The notes below the pieces were generated by a model. That model was given only the letters and a program-made list of their open reading frames with translations, had not been told where the DNA came from and did not search any database. From NCBI GenBank assembly GCA_052034955.1, contig JBPOHZ010000009.1:1-58690 (forward strand): a stretch of 58,690 nucleotides of DNA, written 5' to 3'. This document shows positions 7,396 through 14,690 of this stretch, piece after piece (positions within the stretch are counted from its first letter, which is position 1; every line of letters starts with the position of its first letter). The translations under genes and the position numbers were made by a program. This stretch comes from Candidatus Saccharimonadota bacterium. GTDB lineage: Bacteria > Patescibacteriota > Saccharimonadia > Saccharimonadales > AWTP1-31.

Positions 7396-7884
7396 TTAGA
7401 GTTCGCGAATAAGAAGGGTAGTCAGCACCAGGAACACTAGCAGTTCCACGAATATACCCCACGGTCGCTCGTATCGTTGTATGGCTCGATGGAACTTTAT
7501 ATGCACTAGTTCAACAAAACCATCTGCTTTATTTCCATGCTTCTCATAATTTAAGTAGTTATAAACTCCAAGTCCGTCAGGTGCTATAGCAACTAAGCCT
7601 GTTAGTAATGCTAGCCACGCTCCATTAACACAGAGGATGGCAACTACCATGGCAGTTGTTACGAAACTCACAATACCAACGTAGTAGGAGAGGCGATGCT
7701 TGAGGGCTTCCGAATAGCCTTTATTACCCTCATACCCAAAATGAGGTAAAGCATCCATTACGAAGTGGGACAGGAGTGCAATTGGTAGAGCAAAGGCTGG
7801 TTGTTTGATCGCTATGCCAATCAGTGACCCTGCAAGCAAGTGGTTAGTAATTGTCATTAGCTTAAGTTTATCATTGGTGGTCAT
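7396..7884 (-). CDS. integral membrane protein, possibly DUF457/YdjM-like metal-dependent hydrolase
   Basis: 162 aa with 4-5 TM segments. His-containing motifs HLLAGSLIG and LLSHFVMDALPHFG. Confidence 0.4.
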   Translation of the reverse strand: MTTNDKLKLMTITNHLLAGSLIGIAIKQPAFALPIALLSHFVMDALPHFGYEGNKGYSEALKHRLSYYVGIVSFVTTAMVVAILCVNGAWLALLTGLVAIAPDGLGVYNYLNYEKHGNKADGFVELVHIKFHRAIQRYERPWGIFVELLVFLVLTTLLIREL

Positions 7885-7895
7885 AGGTTTCTTTT

Positions 7896-7904
7896 TGTTA
7901 TAGT
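7896..7904 (+). promoter_or_regulatory. extended -10 element TGTTATAGT, 6 nt before ATG 7911
   Basis: TGnTAnnnT followed by acagtc and then ATG. No Shine-Dalgarno. Confidence 0.45.
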
Positions 7905-7910
7905 ACAGTC

Positions 7911-8360
7911 ATGGCGAAATACAATTTTGACGAGAAAGAAACCGCAGAATGGCTAAGAAAATTACCTAAGAAACCTGTAGCCGTTAAGGTTATATTTAAG
8001 ACTACAGACGGATCTATACTTCTAGTAAAACCAAACTATAAGGATACTTGGCAATTTCCTGGCGGTGGCGTTGAAGCAGTAGAAAGTCCTAAAAGTGCTG
8101 CTGTGAGGGAAGTTACAGAAGAGATTGGACTGACAATCAGCCCCGATAGGCTGAAATTGCTTGATCTGGTTTTTCTTAAGGAACGTGATGAGATAATCCT
8201 TATTTATGAATACACTCAACCAATCGATCAAGATCAAACACTCAGTATTCAGGAAGAGGAGCTAGACGGCTATAAATTTGAGGATGTGTCTGATGTGCTA
8301 GCTCAAATAGGCTCTTATTACGATAGCTTCTGGAGTAGTTACTTAAGTAGTAAAGTCTAG
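7911..8360 (+). CDS. NUDIX hydrolase
   Basis: Nudix box GGVEAVESPKSAAVREVTEEIGL. Confidence 0.85.
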   Translation: MAKYNFDEKETAEWLRKLPKKPVAVKVIFKTTDGSILLVKPNYKDTWQFPGGGVEAVESPKSAAVREVTEEIGLTISPDRLKLLDLVFLKERDEIILIYEYTQPIDQDQTLSIQEEELDGYKFEDVSDVLAQIGSYYDSFWSSYLSSKV

Positions 8361-8518
8361 TAGATAATCTTCTTTGCAGTTGCCCGACTGTTGTGTATTG
8401 GTATAGAAATATTTCCGCCTTCAATCACCCATTCAAAAAGTTTAAGTAGATTCTGTAAATCTGCACCAAAAGAGAGTTTTCGGACAGCGAGAGGTCTTCT
8501 TTATGGGCTATTTGTACA

Positions 8519-8527
8519 TGATATAAT
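8519..8527 (+). promoter_or_regulatory. extended -10 element TGATATAAT, 6 nt before ATG 8534
   Basis: TGnTATAAT followed by ttggat and then ATG. Confidence 0.5.
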
Positions 8528-8533
8528 TTGGAT

Positions 8534-8779
8534 ATGAGTAACGATGAATTCACAAAACTCTTCAACTATATGTCCGAGCGATTTGATCGTTTAGAAAAAG
8601 TCTTAGAGGCCAAGGCTGAATCGAGTGACCTGCAAAAGACGTTAGGACTTCTGGATGCTCTTGCTAAGCGTCAAGAGATATCCGATGACGAGCGACTAGT
8701 TATGAACCATCAACTTACGCGCATTCACGATTGGGTTGAAGAAGCAGCAAAGAGAATTGATCTTAAGTTTGTTCACTAA
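8534..8779 (+). CDS. hypothetical small helical protein
   Basis: 81 aa counted from ATG 8534 (the ORF track starts at a TTG at 8528). Predicted coiled-coil-like sequence with no known motif. Confidence 0.45.
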   Translation: MSNDEFTKLFNYMSERFDRLEKVLEAKAESSDLQKTLGLLDALAKRQEISDDERLVMNHQLTRIHDWVEEAAKRIDLKFVH

Positions 8780-8965
8780 AATATTCCTACTTTAGCAATT
8801 CCTCAAATAGTCCAGATACTCCAACAGGTGTTCGAAAGAAAGTCGGTCAAGGGCACCACATTTGAATAACAGAGAAGACGCATTTTGATGGTTTGTCTTT
8901 TGTTTTACTGTCTATCTGTTGAGCGGGTGAGAGTCTCTTTTTGCATTTTCTGCTATTATTCCATA

Positions 8966-9199
8966 ATGGCTGAACCAGAAAGAACAGAGTCTGTTTCTGA
9001 GATTGCACTAATGGGCGGAGCTGCTTATTACGACGAGTTTGTTAGTGTATTGAAAGCCGAAGCAGCAAAAGTAGTTGACGCACCAACTAACGAAGCTGCA
9101 GTGGTTGCACTTGAAGGGATGTTTAAGACGTTCGAGGCTTGGCGATTGAGCGTCATCTATAGTCAAGGCCAAGAGCCAAGGCCGCCCATAGAATACTAG
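8966..9199 (+). CDS. hypothetical small acidic protein
   Basis: An internal ATG at 8966 gives MAEPERTES... (77 aa). The upstream part of the ORF is Cys/Phe-rich and looks non-coding. Confidence 0.35.
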   Translation: MAEPERTESVSEIALMGGAAYYDEFVSVLKAEAAKVVDAPTNEAAVVALEGMFKTFEAWRLSVIYSQGQEPRPPIEY

Positions 9200-9232
9200 C
9201 CCCAGATCCTTTATTTACTAACACCTCAATTG

Positions 9233-9241
9233 TGATATAAT
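9233..9241 (+). promoter_or_regulatory. extended -10 element TGATATAAT, 7 nt before ATG 9249
   Basis: TGnTATAAT followed by atgcttt and then ATG. Confidence 0.5.
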
Positions 9242-9248
9242 ATGCTTT

Positions 9249-9578
9249 ATGACAATGTTGCTATTTGAAAAAAGTAGAGACGGCGAGGAATGGGCACCGG
9301 TTGGCGAATTGCACCCAGGTGATAAGTATGGATCGATTTCAGATCAACTTGACGATGGATCAAGTGATGCGTACATATTTGGCATTGACCCAATCGAAAA
9401 TGTTGGAGAGATTAAACGCTCTATTGGAGGTATTTGTATAGATACAAGCGAGACTAGAGAGCTTAAATCTATTGGATTGGAGTTGGTCGCTCGCTTAGAT
9501 CCTGGTGAACATCATGAAATGATGATCAAAACTCGTCGATCAGCCGGAACGTTGTTGATTCGTTTTACATATAGCTAG
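9249..9578 (+). CDS. hypothetical protein
   Basis: 109-aa ORF with no recognisable motif. Confidence 0.45.
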   Translation: MTMLLFEKSRDGEEWAPVGELHPGDKYGSISDQLDDGSSDAYIFGIDPIENVGEIKRSIGGICIDTSETRELKSIGLELVARLDPGEHHEMMIKTRRSAGTLLIRFTYS

Positions 9579-9741
9579 TTCTAATAGATAACTTAGTTAC
9601 CGGGGTTCTTTACTTAGCAAATGCGGCAAGAGCTACGATAAGGGTAAGCATAAGGCTTGATATAATCTCCACCCGATTTACTTTTCATTTCTAATCCTGG
9701 CTCTCATCCTCTCAAAGGTGCTCTGGGGATAGACAAACCAA

Positions 9742-10200
9742 TTATAAAGTTGGGGCTGAAGACTGCTCTATGGTTTGTTCGGCTGTCTTTTGGCAGCCTT
9801 CGCAGATGCCTTTAAGTTCGATTGAATGATGCGTTAGTGTAAAGTTATTAGCTTTCTCTAGTACACCCAGCTCATTTTCTAGACCTTCGCTGCGGAGACC
9901 GGTTGTTTTGCCGCATTTGATGCAGGTAAAGTGATGGTGATGAGGAGAGAACGCTTCGCTGAGCTCGACTTTGCTCTTAAAGCCCATCCAGACTCTATGT
10001 ATGATGCCGACTTTTTCAAAAACATCAATAACACGGTATACACTAACTCTATCTACAGCACCCTGGAGCTGGTTAGCAATCTCGACGGTACTGAGCGGAT
10101 CGTGGGTAACAGCTAACGCCTTGAATACCTCTAGCCGTGGTTTGGTTACGCGGTAGTCTTGTTCGGCTAATAGCGACTTGAGTCTTTCTGTCTGTTCCAT
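9742..10200 (-). CDS. Fur-family metalloregulator (Fur/Zur/PerR type)
   Basis: Winged-helix N-terminus (RVTKPRLEVFKAL..STVEIANQL..VSVYRVIDVFEKVGIIHRV), then HHHHFTCIKCGKT and CEGC forming a CxxC...CxxC site. ATG at 10200 is preferred over the TTG at 10236. Confidence 0.85.
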   Translation of the reverse strand: MEQTERLKSLLAEQDYRVTKPRLEVFKALAVTHDPLSTVEIANQLQGAVDRVSVYRVIDVFEKVGIIHRVWMGFKSKVELSEAFSPHHHHFTCIKCGKTTGLRSEGLENELGVLEKANNFTLTHHSIELKGICEGCQKTAEQTIEQSSAPTL

Positions 10201-10237
10201 ATTGCAAAATGTAACACTAATGCAACTATTTTGCAAT
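10201..10237. promoter_or_regulatory. divergent promoter and candidate operator: ATTGCAAAAT, 17 nt, ATTTTGCAAT inverted repeat
   Basis: Perfect 10-nt inverted repeat at 10201-10210 and 10228-10237. The minus-strand promoter TTGCAA (10231-10236), 17-nt spacer, TGTTACATT (10208-10216) and 7 nt to ATG 10200 lies inside it. Confidence 0.55.
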
Positions 10238-10250
10238 AGTTAGATACTTT

Positions 10251-10919
10251 ATGCATAATAATGCAAGAATGAAGATCCATGAGAATTTCCAGTTGTTCTG
10301 GGAAGAATTTAGCCAACAACCAGCCAATAAGTACGGTTTTCACGACTGGCAGGTGGCCGCATTCTTGCATATTGGCGATCAAGAATATGCTCGTCAACGA
10401 CAACTAGGTACGGACGAACTAGGCTTCCAGCCGCTAACAGTCACTTTGGCTAATCCGCTTTCCAAACAAACCGATGAGCATCTAGTAAAACACGTAGACG
10501 ATAGTCTAGCAGAGCGGTTCCTGTCTTTTGCTCGAGATCGTTATATCAGTGAGCTCGCTAATCGATTTGGTAGTTTTACTCCCGACGAAATTCACGCATT
10601 TGCCGAGTATGATACATGGGACAACTTTTATTCACACTGGCTGGAGCGTGATGGAAAGCAGGTGTTTACGAAGAATGTACCGCTGCTTATTGACCACACA
10701 CCAAAGATTGAATACTGGACTCGCAAGCAATCTGGTGCAGAAGTTCTGCCTTATCAACGTCTACTGATTACCACCTACTTCGTATCCAAGAAAAAGTTTT
10801 ACAGTTTCTTTATAAAAGAGATTGACGATGCACAGTTTGAACGTATTAAGTTACTAATGCAGAGTAGGGTAGGCTTGCATATAAACGAATTCTTAAGTAC
10901 CACTAAGGTTGGCGTATGA
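10251..10919 (+). CDS. hypothetical cytoplasmic protein, first gene of the operon divergent from the Fur-like regulator
   Basis: 222-aa ORF. Its stop overlaps the next start (GTATGAGT), which implies translational coupling. Confidence 0.55.
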   Translation: MHNNARMKIHENFQLFWEEFSQQPANKYGFHDWQVAAFLHIGDQEYARQRQLGTDELGFQPLTVTLANPLSKQTDEHLVKHVDDSLAERFLSFARDRYISELANRFGSFTPDEIHAFAEYDTWDNFYSHWLERDGKQVFTKNVPLLIDHTPKIEYWTRKQSGAEVLPYQRLLITTYFVSKKKFYSFFIKEIDDAQFERIKLLMQSRVGLHINEFLSTTKVGV

Positions 10920-12466
10920 GTGCTGGAGCCCAAGAAGCTCTAAGATTTCAGCATGAAGCCACTGCTAGCTTTGAGCAACAGAGCCAAGTTCACAATCATT
11001 ATGAACAGATTCAGCCTGACTTCGATGTGGAACACGGTAATGAAGGACATGTTTGTAATGCGAACTGTGAGCACTCTCAGTCACAAGCAGACATGCTTAG
11101 TGATGATTTATTCGCAGAAGGTGCACATGAACATGTCTGTGGGCCAGACTGCGAACACTCTAGTCATGCGGCAAACGAAATTGCTGATACTTTGTTTGAA
11201 GATTTAGAACAACCGGACTTACAAAAAGTTAAATCCCATATTACGGAGTCGAAAGTAATAACCGATCAAGAAAAGGCTAATGATCAGGCCAAAGACTTGC
11301 AGCATGATCATGAAGGAGAACCACATGTGTGTCATGCGAATTGCGAGCATAACCAAGGCAAGGCTAATAAGCATGCTGATAGCCTCTTCGAAGAATTAGA
11401 CTCGAATGCCAATAAGCAGTCTGATAATATAGCAAACACAGTTAAAAACCTGCTTGAAGAAGTTGCGATTAGTGACGCTCAAGCCGCCGCGCTTCATGCC
11501 TTGCAGCTCGAACAACAGCATCTTACCGATGCTGAACTAAGTGTTCGTCCAGAAGAGCATGATACTAGTGTCATAGAATCTGTGGCCGGCAAAGATATGG
11601 CGGAAAGTGTAAAAGAACTATACGTTCAGAATGAGGCAAAGAGACAAGCCGAAGACGCAGCTATCACTCCTCGTCCTGAAACCGAGACAGAATTAGTGTC
11701 GTCTCTAGGCGAAGAACCCCTTGATATCGAAGAGGCTAGCAGTTACGAGCTTCAGGAAATTGTACCTAATGCCCAGGTCATAGCAGGGCAAGGATTTATG
11801 GACGCGGTTGCTACGCCAGAAGACTATCTAGTCGATGATGCAGAGACTCCAGTAGTAATTGGTCCAGTTGATACCAGTGATTTGTTCGTTTATGATTTGC
11901 CCGAACCTGAAGCCGTGTCATTAAATATTGTTGAGATAGAGAATTCTGATGCGGATTTAGCTAGCTACGTTTTAGAATCCGATCATAGAGAAAATAGTAC
12001 GCCACAGGGACTGGGTATAGAGCATGGCATGCATCAAGACGTGATTTCTGCGCTGCATGAGTCTATTGACAGTGCCAGCTCTGAACGGGTGCAACAACTT
12101 ATTGGTCAAATACTAGAAGTTGCAGAAGGTAGCTTAAGTTCAATAGAAGGGTTCACGATGTATTCACCCGAGCTTCGCGTGAAGCTCTCTGAACTAGCTG
12201 ATTTGCTTTCGATGGATTTTGAAGAGCTAATTGAAGTAATGGATATTACTATTGATAATGAATCTTTGACTTTTGACCAGCAAGCTTACGAGATTCTACT
12301 CGGACTAAAGAAGGATATAAGTATGGAATACAGTCTTGAGTTCACTCAGACTGGTTCTACCCAAAATGCTAGTGCAAAACCAATCATAACTCGCGTACTT
12401 GGTCAGCTAATATTGTTCATTCTTGCTTCAAATAGTGCAAAACGGCCACATGCTCTAGCCGCGTAG
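10916..12466 (+). CDS. acidic protein with three H-V-C-x3-C-E-H repeats and a C-terminal hydrophobic tail
   Basis: 516 aa. Repeats are GHVCNANCEHS (nt 11048-11074), EHVCGPDCEHS (11132-11158) and PHVCHANCEHN (11324-11350). Each is followed by A-x4-D-x-LFE. The protein is very D/E-rich and ends ITRVLGQLILFILASNSA. Confidence 0.6.
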   Translation: MSAGAQEALRFQHEATASFEQQSQVHNHYEQIQPDFDVEHGNEGHVCNANCEHSQSQADMLSDDLFAEGAHEHVCGPDCEHSSHAANEIADTLFEDLEQPDLQKVKSHITESKVITDQEKANDQAKDLQHDHEGEPHVCHANCEHNQGKANKHADSLFEELDSNANKQSDNIANTVKNLLEEVAISDAQAAALHALQLEQQHLTDAELSVRPEEHDTSVIESVAGKDMAESVKELYVQNEAKRQAEDAAITPRPETETELVSSLGEEPLDIEEASSYELQEIVPNAQVIAGQGFMDAVATPEDYLVDDAETPVVIGPVDTSDLFVYDLPEPEAVSLNIVEIENSDADLASYVLESDHRENSTPQGLGIEHGMHQDVISALHESIDSASSERVQQLIGQILEVAEGSLSSIEGFTMYSPELRVKLSELADLLSMDFEELIEVMDITIDNESLTFDQQAYEILLGLKKDISMEYSLEFTQTGSTQNASAKPIITRVLGQLILFILASNSAKRPHALAA

Positions 12467-12856
12467 AACACTCACAGCTGCCGCGCAGGAAGATTTAAGT
12501 GCCTCCTCAAGACCAGCAGGCATACCATGGTGTAGCTCGCTCTCGATAATAGCAAGTCCTGACTCGCGTACTGACAACCTACCGGCAAACTTACCATGTA
12601 CTCCAAACATATCGAGTTCATGGTGTTCGTCATACCCAATTATTTCAGCTGCTCGGTCAGTATATTCGCCGAGTGCTGCGCGGTGACTGTCTCTAAAAAC
12701 ACCAAAGAACTGATTCACGCGCTGGACGGGAAATCGGTCGCTTTCGATTGTATTAGTAATAAATGCTTCGCCTATCATCATATGAGCAAGGCCGTGTTGA
12801 ATATCTGCGTCTGTTTGGATCATAATCTCTCTCAAATTAATATCAAAGCAAACCAT
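12455..12856 (-). CDS. hypothetical small His-rich cytoplasmic protein
   Basis: ORF 12455-12892. The ATG at 12856 sits 8 nt after TGTTACATA (12865-12873) with TTGCAA at 12887-12892. An alternative ATG lies at 12874. Contains DEHHELDMFGVHG and ELHHGMP. The 3' end overlaps the convergent gene by 12 nt. Confidence 0.45.
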   Translation of the reverse strand: MVCFDINLREIMIQTDADIQHGLAHMMIGEAFITNTIESDRFPVQRVNQFFGVFRDSHRAALGEYTDRAAEIIGYDEHHELDMFGVHGKFAGRLSVRESGLAIIESELHHGMPAGLEEALKSSCAAAVSVLRG

Positions 12857-12952
12857 ACCACTTTTATGTAACATAACGCAAAAAAGTTGCAATAAACAAA
12901 GCTATTTGCACCTAACTACTTTGGTACTTCCCCTTGAGGTATAGTTAGTGTA

Positions 12953-13972
12953 ATGGCGCCAACAAAGCACTACCTACATAGTAGTAAAAAGTTACAATCT
13001 CCCATGTGGGGTGTTGCGTTCATTTTGGTGTTGCTGGTTGTCAGGCAATTTAGTAATTCGCAAACATCTGTAGTTCTTCCAAAGATGTTGCAAGACTTTA
13101 TTACACTTTCTGTAAGCGTTATCATAGAGGCTTTGCCGTTTGTACTGTTGGGAATAGTTTTATCTATATTGGTGCAGATTTGGCTGCCTCAATCAGTATT
13201 CTTTCGAATTATTCCAAAACGAAGAGTGCCGCGGCGACTGGTGTTATCTTGTCTAGGTATATTCCTGCCGGTCTGCGAATGTGGCAATGTTCCGCTTGCT
13301 AGGGGTTTGATGATCAGGGGGTTAACGCTTGGCGATTCACTGACTTTTTTGCTGGCAGCTCCGATAATTAATCCGGTCACCATCCTTACTACCCACCAAG
13401 CATTCGGCGGCGATAGTACTATACTAGTATTTCGATTGTTAGGCGGTTTGCTTATTGCAAACATTGTTGGATGGTTGTTTGACAGTCGAAAGAACCAAGA
13501 TGAACTACTCACAGATGAATTTGCCGCGACCTGCCGCGTTGATCATACTCATGAGTCGTCTGGCAGCCGAAGCAAGCTAAGTGAAAGTCTTCGTCTATTT
13601 ATTCGCGAATCAAACGTAATTGTTCCGGCATTGTTTGTTGGTAGTTTTATCGCCGGGCTGGTCCAGGTTGTTATCCCTCGTGATATTCTTCTGTCTTTGG
13701 GCGGTCATGTAGTTCTTTCAATTGTTGTAATGATGCTACTGGCATTCATTGTCTCTATTTGTGCTAATGTTGATGCTTTCTTTGCCCTGGCATTTGCTAA
13801 CACCTTTACGGCAGGTTCGCTGGTAACTTTTTTGATCTTTGGACCAATCATTGATATCAAGATGCTTAATTTAATGCACACAACTTACAAGAAACCAGTG
13901 TTAGTAACAATTACCATAGTCACCATTCTGGTTAGTGGGTTACTTGGTTTGGTGGTGAACTATGCGTTCTAG
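12953..13972 (+). CDS. PF03773/UPF0718-type permease (partner of a TIGR03943 protein)
   Basis: 339 aa, multi-TM, with the conserved PVCECGNVPLARGL motif. TATAGT lies 7 nt before the ATG. Confidence 0.75.
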   Translation: MAPTKHYLHSSKKLQSPMWGVAFILVLLVVRQFSNSQTSVVLPKMLQDFITLSVSVIIEALPFVLLGIVLSILVQIWLPQSVFFRIIPKRRVPRRLVLSCLGIFLPVCECGNVPLARGLMIRGLTLGDSLTFLLAAPIINPVTILTTHQAFGGDSTILVFRLLGGLLIANIVGWLFDSRKNQDELLTDEFAATCRVDHTHESSGSRSKLSESLRLFIRESNVIVPALFVGSFIAGLVQVVIPRDILLSLGGHVVLSIVVMMLLAFIVSICANVDAFFALAFANTFTAGSLVTFLIFGPIIDIKMLNLMHTTYKKPVLVTITIVTILVSGLLGLVVNYAF

Positions 13973-14690
13973 TTTGGCGCGGCTAATAAACAGACGGGGT
14001 ACAGTTTTAACTCTTTTTGGCGTGGTTGCAACCATTTGGTTAAAATTATCAGGCCAACTAAATCTATATATACACCCTAGATACTTTACTTTCAGTGTAG
14101 TTATGGCTGTGGTCGGCGGCTATCTGTGTGTGCAGGATATCCGTCAAAAATCGACGATTAATATCGACCAATTGTCTGAGCGACAATACATTTCACTTGG
14201 TTTAATCTTGCTATCGTTTGTGGCTCTGCTTGTATTAAAGCCATCATCGTTATCAAGCAGTATTGCTATGCAGAGAGGAATTAATAGCGGTAGTAATACT
14301 GAAGTCTTAAGTAAACTGACAAACTTTGATGTTATCTCGCCATTCGGCAATACTGGAACATCACAACTGACCGTTAAGGATTGGGCGAATTTGCTCAGTC
14401 AGACCTCAGATCAGACTTTTTTTGCCGGGAAGAAAGCCAAAGTATCTGGTTTTGTGACCGCGGACTCCAACAATAACATCTTTTTTGTGTCTCGATTTGT
14501 CGTGTCTTGTTGTGCCGTAGACGCTCGACCCATTGGCGTACCCGTCTATAAAGCAAACTGGCAAGCTACCTACCAAAAAGATGAATGGGTTGAGGTGTCT
14601 GGAGTCTTCGGAGTATATGATGGTCAAATTTCTCTTAAGCCCGAAACGATTACTCCAATTTCGCAACCGGAGAGTCCATATGTTTACTAA
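13962..14690 (+). CDS. TIGR03943/DUF1980-family membrane protein (two-component permease partner)
   Basis: 242 aa. Two N-terminal TM segments and a C-terminal domain with the SRFVVSCCAVDARPIGVPV motif. It overlaps the permease gene by 11 nt. Confidence 0.7.
   Translation: MRSSLARLINRRGTVLTLFGVVATIWLKLSGQLNLYIHPRYFTFSVVMAVVGGYLCVQDIRQKSTINIDQLSERQYISLGLILLSFVALLVLKPSSLSSSIAMQRGINSGSNTEVLSKLTNFDVISPFGNTGTSQLTVKDWANLLSQTSDQTFFAGKKAKVSGFVTADSNNNIFFVSRFVVSCCAVDARPIGVPVYKANWQATYQKDEWVEVSGVFGVYDGQISLKPETITPISQPESPYVY

Noticed and set aside
10202-10236. Treating every TTGCAA in the Fur-like, permease and HExxH promoter regions as an operator half-site
   Set aside because: TTGCAA is self-complementary and fits a -35 hexamer with correct 16-17 nt spacing to -10 elements at 10208-10213 and 12865-12870. 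Part of the similarity is therefore plain promoter architecture. Only the longer shared segments are put forward as operator candidates.
11048-11350. Reading the C-x3-C-E-H repeats as c-type heme attachment sites
   Set aside because: Heme c motifs are CxxCH, or rarely CxxxCH, with His immediately after the second Cys. Here a Glu intervenes, and the protein has no signal peptide at its N-terminus.
12455-12466. Convergent gene-end overlaps as special regulatory features (also 40929-40945 and 57229-57232)
   Set aside because: Short 3' overlaps of convergent genes are common in compact genomes. No additional structure or motif was seen at these junctions.
14533-14679. N-terminal extension of the beta-propeller protein ORF
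   Set aside because: The extension lies entirely inside the TIGR03943-family gene in another frame. The ATG at 14680 gives a normal signal-anchor N-terminus and a start/stop overlap.
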